Assembly (NCBI GenBank): GCA_045648885.1
Contig: JAZROV010000012.1
Span: forward strand, 1-55,198
From: Candidatus Enterousia sp.
GTDB lineage: Bacteria > Pseudomonadota > Alphaproteobacteria > Rs-D84
DNA length: 55,198 bases
Direction of reading: 5' to 3'
Shown here: piece by piece, positions 1-9,564 of the stretch
Numbering within the stretch: the first letter of the stretch is position 1
How the letters are laid out: the number at the start of each line of letters is the position of its first letter
Position numbers and translations under genes: made by a program
Notes under the pieces: model-generated
Told to the model about the DNA's origin: nothing
The model's input: the letters and a program-made list of their open reading frames with translations, nothing else
The model's database searches: none

Positions 1-1
1 T

Positions 2-484
2 AATGCGGTCCCAGGCGACAATCATAACTGGGCATGGGGTGGTGACAGCAGCGATTGGACAATGCCGGCGAACAATGGTTTGATGAGCAACAGTGCAGAT
101 GCGAACGATTCGTCACGTCGTTATTGTTGGTGCAAACCGACATCTTGGACACCATCTGGTGGGTCTGAACAGTTGTTGTCTGCTGCGTGGGTGTTCATCT
201 ACGACGGCGGGGTCGCGTCGTATTGCGCGTACGACTGTGCGAACAGCTGCGCGGCCTACGTGGACGACAATGCGGTCTTCCGCTCTGCGCTGTTCGGGGT
301 CGTTGGCGCATCACCACAATGCGTAGCAAATAATATTACATTAAGTTGGAATAACGAAAACGGAACACAGTTTACATCTGGTTCATGTACATACGACGAA
401 TCGTTGACGGTTCCGTCAACCCATCCAGATAAACGTGGATATACATTCACTGGGTGGAAATTCGTCAGCCCTTCCCAGAATTAA
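2..484 (+). CDS. C-terminal part (5' end outside window) of a Cys-rich secreted repeat protein, paralog of 27881..29101, ending in a Listeria-Bacteroides-type repeat
   Basis: The frame is open from nt 2. NAVPGDNHNWAWGG..RYCWCKPTSWTPSGGSEQLLSAAWVF..FRSALFGVVGAS..CTYDESL..HPDKRGYTFTGW aligns with the C-terminus of 27881..29101. About 80 nt (approx 120-205) are nearly identical to approx 28737-28820. Confidence 0.7.
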   Translation, partial: NAVPGDNHNWAWGGDSSDWTMPANNGLMSNSADANDSSRRYCWCKPTSWTPSGGSEQLLSAAWVFIYDGGVASYCAYDCANSCAAYVDDNAVFRSALFGVVGASPQCVANNITLSWNNENGTQFTSGSCTYDESLTVPSTHPDKRGYTFTGWKFVSPSQN

Positions 485-800
485 TTCTCGGTTCTGGGTT
501 TTCTCGTAGGTTGGGATATTATCCCCATCTACTCCTTTCCCCCACCGCGTGGCGGTGGGGTTTTCGTTACACCCCACGGCGCGGTGCGCCACTCCCCCAC
601 GTGGGGGAGAATAACGGGCATTGCCCCCAGCCCCGAATTCCGCCCCATGGGGGCGGGGGACCGCTTGCGGTGGTGGGGGTGACCCCCCTCCGGCTGGCGC
701 CGCACTCCCCCAGTGGGGGAGAATCTTTGCACTTGTCGCGGAAAAAAGTTCCCCTCCCACGGAGGGGAACTTAGGCTCCGTCGCGGAATAAAAAATCTGC
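485..800. repeat. GC-rich hairpin-dense repeat island A (REP/MITE-like)
   Basis: Short perfect palindromes are present: CTCCCCCACGTGGGGGAG, CCGCCCCATGGGGGCGG, CCACCGC-GTG-GCGGTGG, GTTCCCCTCC-CAC-GGAGGGGAAC. Segment 486-743 recurs inverted at 55198-54937. The ~110-nt unit 571-680 recurs at 27718-27830 and in part at 29271-29358. The island contrasts sharply with the AT-rich surroundings. Confidence 0.85.
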
Positions 801-803
801 CCC

Positions 804-827
804 CGTGGCGTGGCGTGCCACGTTTTT
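804..827 (+). terminator. Rho-independent terminator-like hairpin
   Basis: CGTGGC-gtggcgt-GCCACG followed by TTTTT, located at the end of repeat island A and upstream of yajC. Confidence 0.45.
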
Positions 828-885
828 CACTTTACTTGATTGCTTTTTTTTACTAATCTGGTTGCATAAAAAAGGAGATTTTTAT

Positions 886-1200
886 ATGAATCAATCTGTC
901 GAAGTTGTAAATCAAATGGGACAAAATACCGCTGCTGCTGCACAAACCGGTGGAACATGGGGTATGATTATTTACTGTCTTTTCATCGTTGTTATTTTGT
1001 ACCTTTTCATGATACGTCCAAATAAAAAACGTATGGAACAATATCAAAAAATGCTTGATTCTATTAAGGTTGGCAATCGTGTTCTGGCCGCCGGTATTTA
1101 TGGAACTGTGAAAAAAATAAATGAAAAAACATTGGATGTTGAAATCGCCAAAGGTGTTGTTGTAGAAATAAACAAAAACGCTGTTGCAAATGTTGAATAA
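886..1200 (+). CDS. yajC: Preprotein translocase subunit YajC
   Basis: RBS AAAGGAG lies upstream of ATG 886. The product has a single TM helix and a YajC core (IRPNKKRMEQYQKMLDSIKVGNRVLAAGIYGTV). It sits directly upstream of secD-secF. The track ORF start at 805 lies in the GC hairpin and is unlikely. Confidence 0.9.
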   Translation: MNQSVEVVNQMGQNTAAAAQTGGTWGMIIYCLFIVVILYLFMIRPNKKRMEQYQKMLDSIKVGNRVLAAGIYGTVKKINEKTLDVEIAKGVVVEINKNAVANVE

Positions 1201-1218
1201 TTATAGGGGTGTTATGTT

Positions 1219-2778
1219 ATGTGGAAAAAAATTGCTGTTATTTTAATTGCGCTGTTTGGGATAATGTTGTCGATTCCAACGTTGGTTCCGTCGTCAACAA
1301 AATATTTTCCGTCGTGGATAAAGCCTATACCGTTGGGTCTTGATTTAAAAGGTGGCGCCCAGTTGTTGTTAGAGGTTGATACGTCGGTCATGTTGAAAGA
1401 AAAAAATGTCCAATTGTATGACGAAGTGCGCAGCGCGATGATTGATCGTAACAAAGGCGTTATCCGTTTTTCTGATTTGCGTAATACTGATAATGGCGTA
1501 TCGCTTGTCGTGCGTGATGACGGTATGTTATCCAAAGCCAAGGGGCGTTTGCGAAGTGTTCTGGGTAACAATGTCGATATTGAATCAAATGGTCAACAGT
1601 TAAATATTTCCTATACCGCCAAAGCGCGCGATGAAATGATTACTGATGCGATGAACCGCAGTATTGAAATTGTTCGTCGTCGTATTGATGCGCTGGGGAC
1701 CAAAGAACCATCAATTCAATCTCAGGGGGGTAAATATATCTTGGTGCAATTACCAGGGGTCGATAATCCTGAACATATCAAAGAATTGATTGGTCAGACT
1801 GCGAAAATGACTTTCCATTTGGTGAATGAAAATGTTTCGCGCGAACAATTAGAATCTGGGCGTGCACCGTCTGGAACCCAATTTTTGCCATATATGGAAA
1901 ACCCGACGCAGACTGTGCCTGTGTATTCGCATGTCGAAGTTTCTGGCGACAGTTTGAAAAATTCAGAAGCATCTTTCGATCAAAATAATATGCCGGTTGT
2001 GACGACTGAATTTGATGCGTCTGGGGCGCGGCGTTTCGCAAAATTGACGACGGAACATGTGAATGAAAGATTTGCGATTGTGTTGGACGGCAAAGTGTTG
2101 TCTGCGCCGACTATTCGTGAACCAATTCCGGGTGGACGTGGTCAAATTTCAGGTGGTTTCACATTGCAACAGGCAAAAGATTTGGCCGTTCTGTTGCGGT
2201 CGGGCGCGTTGCCTGCACCGCTGAAAGTGATTGAAGAACGCAGTGTTGGTGCCGGTTTGGGCGCGGATACCATTGCATCTGGAAAAATCGGTTCAGCAGT
2301 GGGCGTTTTGTTCGTGCTGGTGTTTATGTTGTTGCTGTACGGATTTTTCGGTCTGGTTGCAGATATCGTTTTAATCGTCAATTTGTTGATGATTGTTGGT
2401 GTGTCTGCGCTGTTCGGGGCGACGTTAACACTGCCAGGTATCGCAGGTATTGTGTTGACACTGGGTATGGCGGTTGACGCAAATATTCTGCCGTTCGAAA
2501 GAATTCGCGATGAAGTTAAAGCGGGCGTCCCAACATTGCGTGCAGTTGATTATGGTTTTACACGCTCAACAAAAACTGTGTTGGATGGTGAATTGACTAA
2601 TTTAATCTGCGCGCTGATTTTGTTCCAATTCGGGGCTGGTCCAATTCGTGGATTCGCTGTCACTTTGTCAATCGGTGTGATGACAACTTTGTTCACATGC
2701 TTGTTGTTGTCCAGAATTATCATCGATTGGTATATGGGCGGCAAAAGCAGAAAAATCGGCTTTATCAGAAATAAATAA
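1219..2778 (+). CDS. secD: Protein translocase subunit SecD
   Basis: 519 aa with an N-terminal TM helix, a large periplasmic domain, a GLDLKGG motif and a C-terminal multi-TM block, in yajC-secD-secF order. Confidence 0.93.
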   Translation: MWKKIAVILIALFGIMLSIPTLVPSSTKYFPSWIKPIPLGLDLKGGAQLLLEVDTSVMLKEKNVQLYDEVRSAMIDRNKGVIRFSDLRNTDNGVSLVVRDDGMLSKAKGRLRSVLGNNVDIESNGQQLNISYTAKARDEMITDAMNRSIEIVRRRIDALGTKEPSIQSQGGKYILVQLPGVDNPEHIKELIGQTAKMTFHLVNENVSREQLESGRAPSGTQFLPYMENPTQTVPVYSHVEVSGDSLKNSEASFDQNNMPVVTTEFDASGARRFAKLTTEHVNERFAIVLDGKVLSAPTIREPIPGGRGQISGGFTLQQAKDLAVLLRSGALPAPLKVIEERSVGAGLGADTIASGKIGSAVGVLFVLVFMLLLYGFFGLVADIVLIVNLLMIVGVSALFGATLTLPGIAGIVLTLGMAVDANILPFERIRDEVKAGVPTLRAVDYGFTRSTKTVLDGELTNLICALILFQFGAGPIRGFAVTLSIGVMTTLFTCLLLSRIIIDWYMGGKSRKIGFIRNK

Positions 2779-2798
2779 GTGCAAAAAGGAGTTTTATT

Positions 2799-3662
2799 AT
2801 GAAATTGCATTTTATGAAATATCGCAAATTGTCTTACTGGGTTTCCGGAATTTGCGTTTTGTTGTCTGTGTTGTCTATCGCAATACGTGGCTTTAATTAT
2901 GGTATTGATTTTTCAGGCGGTATTTCTATGGAAGTGACCCCGGTAGTCGCAGATTATACTATTGATAAAATGCGCAGCGATTTGGAAGCGTTTAAACCGG
3001 AATTACAGGCGGTGGATAATAATTCTATTTTGTTGCGTGTCGGTCTGCCAAAGGGTTCAACCGATGAACAATTAAATGCCCGTGTGGGTGAAATCAAAAA
3101 CATTTTGGGTAATCGTGTTGAATATTCCCAGGTCCAGGTTGTCGGTCCAAAAATCGGTGGCGAATTGATTCGCGGTGGTATTTTGGCGATTTTGGTATCT
3201 TTTGTTTTGATGTCTGTTTATATCTGGATACAATATCGCGGTGGATATGCCGTCGGGTCATTTGTATCGTTGGTTCTTGATTTGATTTTGATGTTCGGTT
3301 TCTTCTCTATCGTGGGATTGGAATTTAATCAGACTGCTATTGCTGTGATTTTAATGGGCGTCGGATATTCAATCAATGATAAAGTTGTGAATTACGATAG
3401 AATCGAAGAAAATATTAAAAAATATCATAAAATGCCAATGTCTGATATAATCGATTTGTCGGTTAATGAAATGTTGTATCGAACAATTATGACCAGTGTG
3501 TCGACTATTTTGGCGATGGTTGGTATTTATGTTTTCGGTGGCCAGATGCTGCAAGAATTTGCAATTGCGATGACTTTCTCGATTGTGATGGGAACATTGA
3601 CCAGTATTTATGTGTCTAATGTTATTTTGTATCACTTTAATTTGCGGGAAACAGATCATTAA
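2799..3662 (+). CDS. secF: Protein translocase subunit SecF
   Basis: 287 aa with a GIDFSGG motif and 6-TM architecture, immediately after secD. Confidence 0.92.
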   Translation: MKLHFMKYRKLSYWVSGICVLLSVLSIAIRGFNYGIDFSGGISMEVTPVVADYTIDKMRSDLEAFKPELQAVDNNSILLRVGLPKGSTDEQLNARVGEIKNILGNRVEYSQVQVVGPKIGGELIRGGILAILVSFVLMSVYIWIQYRGGYAVGSFVSLVLDLILMFGFFSIVGLEFNQTAIAVILMGVGYSINDKVVNYDRIEENIKKYHKMPMSDIIDLSVNEMLYRTIMTSVSTILAMVGIYVFGGQMLQEFAIAMTFSIVMGTLTSIYVSNVILYHFNLRETDH

Positions 3663-3695
3663 GCGCGGCCACGCCAGAAAGAAAGGAGAGGATAC

Positions 3696-5204
3696 ATGAA
3701 TATAAAAAAAATCTTTTTGTTTTTTGTTCTGGCGTTTTCGCCAATTGCTTCGTTCGCTGGTGATTTGTTCGCTGACGAAGACAGAATCCAAGGCGGTATC
3801 GATGTCATTCAAACGTCTGATGTGTTCGCGGACATTTATGAAAAATTAGATAATGTAAAATGGGCTGGTAAAAATATAGAGGTTGTAATTGAAAATCTCG
3901 AAAAATTAAACACAAATGCACATATAGCGGCCACCGGTGAACGTGTTGTTTTGGTTTGGGGTGATGATTTAATCGCTAATTTTCCGTATCCTGATAAAAA
4001 AGATTGGAAATCGTATGGTGAAATTACGACTGCGCTGGTGTTGCGTATGCGCGAACGTGATGCCAGATTGCGTGCGTTAAGTGTTGATGAATTATACAAT
4101 GTTGTTGTGAATGCTTTGTTAAAAGGTATCGATGAAAACGGTTCTTATAAATTTATAGATGAAGATATGAAAAATATAGAATCGAAAATTTTAACCAGTA
4201 TCGGATTCGAGGGTGGACGCGATGAACGCGGTAATTTCAGAATTACAGGTGTGTTCAAGGGTGCGTCTGCAGATGCAGCCGGCGTGAAAGAGGGTGATAT
4301 TATTTCAGAAATAAATGGTGTTCGTGTTGCGAATATGAGCGATGCCGATTTGCGGTCTGTGTTGAATGGGTATAATTCTGGAACGGTAAAGGTCAAATTA
4401 TTAACGCCATCAGGAAATAAAAATTTATCGTTGCGTCGTGCGTCTATTGTGTTGGCAGATGCGGACATTGTGCATCGTGTATCTAATGAAAAATCAAATG
4501 AAATTTTGGAAATAATTGTTCACAATGTTTCTCAAAACAGTGTTGATATAGTCAACGAAGCATTGGCAAAATATAATAATCTTGATGGAATAATTTTAGA
4601 TTTAAGAACCTGTGGTGGCGACGATGAAAGGGCGGCTGCAAAATTAGCAGGGCTGTTTTTAGGACAACGACCAGTTATGGTTATATCTGAAACAGCTGTT
4701 GATGAATTAGAGGTTATACCTGGGGGTGGTGCAATTACAAATGCGCCTGTGGTTGTGTTGATATCTGATTCTACGCGCGGTACAGCAGAAGCAATCGCGG
4801 CGGCATTTTATGAAAATGGACGTGGCGTCTTGGTTGGAACACCAACTGCAGGTCAGGCGCGTATGGCAACTGAAATCGAATTAAAAAACGGTGGTGTTCT
4901 GGAATTATTTAACAAATCAATCAAAACCGGTAATGGTAATAATCTGGACGGACGTGGGGTATTTCCGCTGATTTGTTTATCAAATATTCGCAGTGCGTCC
5001 CAGATAGATACTTTCTTTGTCAATGTTATGAATGGGCATTTTGATGCACATGATTATAACAAAGATTCAAATGTTGATGTGAAGTCTTTGCGCAAAGCAT
5101 GCCCGAATATCACATCGGGTTCAGATGAAGATGCTATGGCGATTGCTGTGGCAGCAGAGATTTTAACTGATAAACGCGTATATAATGAAATAATGGATTT
5201 ATAA
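3696..5204 (+). CDS. S41 (C-terminal processing peptidase) family protein with PDZ domain; catalytic Ser/Lys apparently substituted
   Basis: Signal peptide; PDZ-like GVKEGDIISEINGVRV; S41 core IILDLRTCGG...VVVLISDSTRGTAEAIAAAFYENGRGVLVGTPTAGQA. This aligns by eye to the canonical GSASASEI...GxxTFGKG motifs, but with Gly and Gln at the Ser and Lys positions. Confidence 0.7.
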   Translation: MNIKKIFLFFVLAFSPIASFAGDLFADEDRIQGGIDVIQTSDVFADIYEKLDNVKWAGKNIEVVIENLEKLNTNAHIAATGERVVLVWGDDLIANFPYPDKKDWKSYGEITTALVLRMRERDARLRALSVDELYNVVVNALLKGIDENGSYKFIDEDMKNIESKILTSIGFEGGRDERGNFRITGVFKGASADAAGVKEGDIISEINGVRVANMSDADLRSVLNGYNSGTVKVKLLTPSGNKNLSLRRASIVLADADIVHRVSNEKSNEILEIIVHNVSQNSVDIVNEALAKYNNLDGIILDLRTCGGDDERAAAKLAGLFLGQRPVMVISETAVDELEVIPGGGAITNAPVVVLISDSTRGTAEAIAAAFYENGRGVLVGTPTAGQARMATEIELKNGGVLELFNKSIKTGNGNNLDGRGVFPLICLSNIRSASQIDTFFVNVMNGHFDAHDYNKDSNVDVKSLRKACPNITSGSDEDAMAIAVAAEILTDKRVYNEIMDL

Positions 5205-5205
5205 T

Positions 5206-5889
5206 ATGTTTATAAGACAAGATAATACTTTAAAATGGAATTTAATTGGTATCAGTGCAGTGATTGTGTTGATTCTGGTTTTGTTCGGTGTTTTTGGTTT
5301 GGATAAAATTTTATATCAAATGATTCATCGTCCAGATTGTAATGTTTGGACAATCAGTAATGGTTTTTTGTGTTCTTTTGCGATTATAATCGGAAAAATT
5401 TTCAATATAAAAATGTGGCTGATTGCATCTTTTGTTGCTGTGGTCGCATTCTTTGTTTATAAAGCAATCAAAAATGAAAATGATTTCAGATATGCTTTTG
5501 TGAAAATTAAAAACAGTTATGCTTTTTATGTGTTTTGTTCTGTTTGGTCTGCGGTTATGGTGGTGGGTGTGTTTAAAATTTTAATCGGTCGTTCACGGCC
5601 GGTGCTGTTTGATGCGCTGGGGAAAACTTATTTCGAACCGTTTGTGTTTGATTCTGTATTTAATTCAATGCCGTCTGGTCATGCTGCCGCCAGTTTTGCG
5701 GGTTTGGTTATGTTAGGAATGTTGTTTCCGCGGATGAAGTGGTTAACATGGACATTGGCCATAGTTATTGGTTGGTCGCGTATTTATGTTGGGGCGCATT
5801 GGCCAATGGATGTTGTGTTGGGGGCGTTTATCGGTATGATATGCGCAGACATAACAAAATCTGTGTTGAAAAAAATCAATTCTAAATAA
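5206..5889 (+). CDS. PAP2-family membrane phosphatase
   Basis: Multi-TM protein with all three PAP2 motifs: KILIGRSRP, PSGH, SRIYVGAHWPMDV. Confidence 0.85.
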   Translation: MFIRQDNTLKWNLIGISAVIVLILVLFGVFGLDKILYQMIHRPDCNVWTISNGFLCSFAIIIGKIFNIKMWLIASFVAVVAFFVYKAIKNENDFRYAFVKIKNSYAFYVFCSVWSAVMVVGVFKILIGRSRPVLFDALGKTYFEPFVFDSVFNSMPSGHAAASFAGLVMLGMLFPRMKWLTWTLAIVIGWSRIYVGAHWPMDVVLGAFIGMICADITKSVLKKINSK

Positions 5890-5930
5890 GATTTTTGCAC
5901 TTTCGTTGATTTTGTGATAGAATCTTTTGT

Positions 5931-8126
5931 ATGGAAAAAAATTCTCATTTTTTGCCGGCCAGTATTTCCAGCATATTACGCAAATTAGCACTGCGTGGGG
6001 TTGGAATTGTTTTGTGTTTAATTTCAATTTGGTTGATATTTTCTTTGTTTATGTCTGATCCGTTTTTATCAGGCTTTGCGGCCCAGGGTAATTTTGGGAA
6101 ACAAAGTTTTATTGGTAATGTTGTCGGTTTTTCACGTTATATGATTGGTTTTATCCCAACATTGTTTGTGTTCGCATGTTTGGGACGTTTCGGGGTCAGT
6201 TTATTTATAGGCTGGGATGAAGAACGTGCGCCAGAATATAATTTTCTGCGTGGTTTTGTGACGCTTTGTTTTGGAACAGCAGGATTGGGTTTAATGTCTG
6301 TTTCAAATACGTTTGGTGGTTTTGCGGGTGCAATTGTTGCAGCAGATTTGGGGCCGATATTACATTTTGCTGCGATACCTGTTGGAATGATTTTGTTTGC
6401 TGGATTTTTAATAATGGCAGGCATGTTGTTGCATGTAAAATGGTATCATGTGCGTGCTGCTGTGCAAACCAGTTATCGTTTAACGCGCACTGTGTTATCT
6501 GCATTCCATTTGATTGCGCCAATCGAAGAAGAAACCGGGGACGAAGAAGAAGAAATCGAAGAAGAGGTTGAAGAAGAAGAACCAGAAGAAAAACCCAAAC
6601 GTCGCAGACGTGTTGTTCGCAAAGATGATGAAGAAATTGTTCATGAATATGAATTACCAGACCCCGAATTGTTGGAAAAATCTGTGTTTGGAAAAAATGT
6701 TATTACACCTGAATTCAGACAGACCGCGCAATTATTACAAGACCATTTCGAAGAATTTGGAATTTATGGCAAAGTTGTCGGAATAAAACCTGGACCGATT
6801 GTGACACAATATGAATTTGAACCAGAACCAGGTACACGTATTGCCAAAGTGACAGATACAGCGAACGATATGACGCGTGCGATGGCGGCTGAAAAAATTC
6901 GTATTACACCAATTCCTGGAACGCAATATATCGGTATAGAAATGGTGAATTTGGACAGAAAAACTGTGCGATACCAGACAATGATGTCGAATCCTGCGTT
7001 TGTGAATTCTAAATATACTATACCATTGGCGTTGGGTGTGAATATAAGTGGCGAACCAGTGTATTATGATTTGGCAAAAATGCCACATATGTTGATTGCA
7101 GGTCGAACCGGGTCTGGAAAATCTGTGTTTGTGCAATCTATTATTGTTTCTATTGTGTATCATTTTACACCTGATAAATGTAAATTGATGATTGTTGACC
7201 CCAAGGCGGTTGATTTCGCATCTTGGGATAATATACCGCATTTGATTACACCGGTTGTGACCGATGCAACCGAAGCAGTGAACGCATTAAAATGGTCTGT
7301 GCGTGATATGGAAGAACGTTATCAGAAACTGAAAAAAATGGGCGTTCGCAATATTGGCGAATATAACGAGAAAGTTGCGGCTTTGCGCGACAGTGGTGAA
7401 GTCTTAACGGAACAGGTCGTTGTTGGAACAGACGAAGAAACTGGCGAATTTGAATATGAAACCCAGGCGATTGATTTATCGGATATGCCTTATTTGGTCA
7501 TTATTATCGACGAGGTGGCAGATTTGATGACTATTGCGCGCAAAGATGTTGAAATGTGCGTCCAGCGTTTGGCGCAAAAGGCGCGTGCAGCCGGAATCCA
7601 TTTGGTTATGGCGACCCAGCGTCCCAGTGCAGATGTTATTACGGGCGTTATTAAATCGAATTTCCCAACGCGTATTTCATTCCAGGCGCGCAGCAATATC
7701 GATTCTATGACAACGCTGGGCGAAAAAGGTGCAGAACAATTGTTGCCATGTGGTGATATGTTGTTCAGTGAAGCAGGGCGTGCGCCTGTGCGTATACACG
7801 GACCGTTCGTTTCAGGTGAAGAAGTTAACCGTATCGCAGATTTCTTGCGCGAACAGGGCGAACCGGAATATGCCGAAGGAATCACTTCGGATGAAGGTGC
7901 GATTATGGATGCAATTCCTGGGGCCGTTCCAAGCAAAGAAACAAAAAGTAATGATTTATACGAACAGGCCAAAGAAATCGTTTTGCGGGATAAAAAACCG
8001 ACAATTTCTTACATTCAACGCAGATTAGGTATTGGGTATAACAAAGCTGCTACTATCATTGAACGGATGGAAAACGAAGGTGTGGTCAGTAGCCCTGATG
8101 CCGGTGGTAAACGTCATATTTTATAG
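5931..8126 (+). CDS. ftsK: DNA translocase FtsK
   Basis: N-terminal TM segments; acidic/basic linker (EEETGDEEEEIEEE..KPKRRRR); Walker A GRTGSGKS; Walker B IIIDEVADL; C-terminal winged-helix gamma domain (ISYIQRRLGIGYNKAATIIERME). Confidence 0.95.
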   Translation: MEKNSHFLPASISSILRKLALRGVGIVLCLISIWLIFSLFMSDPFLSGFAAQGNFGKQSFIGNVVGFSRYMIGFIPTLFVFACLGRFGVSLFIGWDEERAPEYNFLRGFVTLCFGTAGLGLMSVSNTFGGFAGAIVAADLGPILHFAAIPVGMILFAGFLIMAGMLLHVKWYHVRAAVQTSYRLTRTVLSAFHLIAPIEEETGDEEEEIEEEVEEEEPEEKPKRRRRVVRKDDEEIVHEYELPDPELLEKSVFGKNVITPEFRQTAQLLQDHFEEFGIYGKVVGIKPGPIVTQYEFEPEPGTRIAKVTDTANDMTRAMAAEKIRITPIPGTQYIGIEMVNLDRKTVRYQTMMSNPAFVNSKYTIPLALGVNISGEPVYYDLAKMPHMLIAGRTGSGKSVFVQSIIVSIVYHFTPDKCKLMIVDPKAVDFASWDNIPHLITPVVTDATEAVNALKWSVRDMEERYQKLKKMGVRNIGEYNEKVAALRDSGEVLTEQVVVGTDEETGEFEYETQAIDLSDMPYLVIIIDEVADLMTIARKDVEMCVQRLAQKARAAGIHLVMATQRPSADVITGVIKSNFPTRISFQARSNIDSMTTLGEKGAEQLLPCGDMLFSEAGRAPVRIHGPFVSGEEVNRIADFLREQGEPEYAEGITSDEGAIMDAIPGAVPSKETKSNDLYEQAKEIVLRDKKPTISYIQRRLGIGYNKAATIIERMENEGVVSSPDAGGKRHIL

Positions 8127-8217
8127 ATTTATTCCGATTTTCATTTTTTTATAGTTTTTGTCTTTTTTTAAGGTCTTTTTTGTGATATAATCGAAAAAAA
8201 TAGAAAGGAGTTTTTTT

Positions 8218-9540
8218 ATGAAAAAATCGTTGGTTGCTTTGGTTGTATCTGTTGTCGCACCGTTAAGTATTGCATATGGTGCAACAAATACGGGGGCAAA
8301 GACGCGTACTACATATCGCCGCGCCAGTACCACCAGCCAGGCCAAAGGACGTGTGACAAATAATTTTTATTACAATCAATCAAACCGTAAAAAATATGGT
8401 GCAGAACCGGTTCAGGCTGCGCCAGCGCGTCAGACATATACGACGGTCACACGTAATGCTGATTATAAAAACGACAGTTATGGTGTTGATTCTTATGTTG
8501 CAGAATCTTATAAGACAGAAACAGTGCAGAAAAAATCTGATTATTCTGAACGTTATCAAAAAAAGACAACTGTATCCCAAGAAAGAAAATATTTCTTGGC
8601 TCATCCGTTCTTTCAGCCGTTAAAAGGTAATTTCGGTTCGGTCACAGATATCGCTTTTTCAAAAAACAGTTTTGATTTCGATTTGTTAAACAGTGTTGTT
8701 TATGATTTAGATCCATCATCCGCATCGTATTATCCAAATACAGGTGTGCCTTTGACGTATGGCGCATTAGATTTGGGTGGCAAAGCCCAAACAAATCAAT
8801 TTTTGGTTAAACAAGATTTCAGTTTCGGTTTAACTGATAAATTGGCAATCGTCGCAATGGGGCAATATGATTCTACAAAATTACAATTGAAAGATTGGAC
8901 TTCTGGGGATCCAGATAATGAAAACAAAGATTCTGGTGTGAATGTTTTTGGTTTTGGTTTTCAATTGCGTTTTGTTGATACACCAAAAGTTATCGGTATG
9001 ACGGCTGTGAATTATGAAAGTCAACGCGATACAGCAGATTCTGTATTAGCGGATGTTAAATTGGGTTATAAATTTGACAGAACGACCCTGTATTTGGTCG
9101 GTCGCGGCGGATATTCTTGGTTAAAAGAAAAAAATGCGTCATATGGTTTTTATGTTGATGATGATACCGGCGATTGGTTGATGTTGTCATACAAACGTGA
9201 CGTTTCCGATGTGTTCTTTGCAGAAGGCGGTTTGGGTGTGTTTTCGGTGTTAAGTAAATATTTCACTGTGAATGCAGAAGCCTTTTTTGGAAATTATGAT
9301 TGGCATAATCAATTATCAGCCAAGGCTGCATTTGGTATTCAACCGTTCGATTCATTCGCATTAAATATTTATGCCAGCGGGGTTTTATACGATTCTGCAG
9401 AAAATAAAATCAAAGAATTTATGAACTATGATTTGAATCCGACCGGTTTCGCAACAGGTTTGGCATACAGTGTTGGCGATTATAAAATCAAAAATTATAA
9501 TGAATATAAAATCGGTGCACAAATCATTTTACATTTCTAA
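8218..9540 (+). CDS. Predicted outer-membrane beta-barrel protein with Tyr/Lys/Ser-rich N-terminal region
   Basis: RBS AAAGGAG, a signal peptide (..SIAYGA), alternating amphipathic strands and a C-terminal aromatic residue (..QIILHF). Confidence 0.6.
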   Translation: MKKSLVALVVSVVAPLSIAYGATNTGAKTRTTYRRASTTSQAKGRVTNNFYYNQSNRKKYGAEPVQAAPARQTYTTVTRNADYKNDSYGVDSYVAESYKTETVQKKSDYSERYQKKTTVSQERKYFLAHPFFQPLKGNFGSVTDIAFSKNSFDFDLLNSVVYDLDPSSASYYPNTGVPLTYGALDLGGKAQTNQFLVKQDFSFGLTDKLAIVAMGQYDSTKLQLKDWTSGDPDNENKDSGVNVFGFGFQLRFVDTPKVIGMTAVNYESQRDTADSVLADVKLGYKFDRTTLYLVGRGGYSWLKEKNASYGFYVDDDTGDWLMLSYKRDVSDVFFAEGGLGVFSVLSKYFTVNAEAFFGNYDWHNQLSAKAAFGIQPFDSFALNIYASGVLYDSAENKIKEFMNYDLNPTGFATGLAYSVGDYKIKNYNEYKIGAQIILHF

Positions 9541-9564
9541 TCCTTTGATAGTTTGGTGTGACAG

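Noticed and set aside
120-205. Near-identical ~80-nt block shared with 28737-28820 as a DGR template/variable repeat pair. The BPP-1-like phage genes nearby made this tempting.
   Set aside because: The two differences seen are synonymous C/T and G/A changes, not adenine-specific substitutions. No reverse transcriptase or accessory gene is in the window. Both blocks are homologous positions of paralogous genes.
416-774. Pro/Gly/Arg-rich ORFs in several frames and strands inside the GC-rich islands (for example 416..760, 454..774, 529..732; also 27500..28104, 29071..29745 and 54490..55172).
   Set aside because: They exist only because GC-rich palindromic DNA lacks stop codons. They overlap each other on both strands, have no RBS, and their similarity simply follows the nucleotide repeat. 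I treat them as non-coding repeats.
485-800. Possibility that the GC-rich repeat islands are CRISPR arrays.
   Set aside because: There is no regular repeat-spacer periodicity. Units are ~110 nt, abut or nest directly, occur in both orientations, and no cas genes are present.
6735-7972. Long antisense or shadow ORFs inside well-supported genes, for example 6735..7241 and 7490..7972 in ftsK, 45385..45861, 40981..41502, 32258..32824 and 17411..17806.
   Set aside because: They lie fully within, and antisense or out of frame to, genes with clear family motifs. They have odd composition (Cys/His/Arg/Asn-rich) and no RBS.
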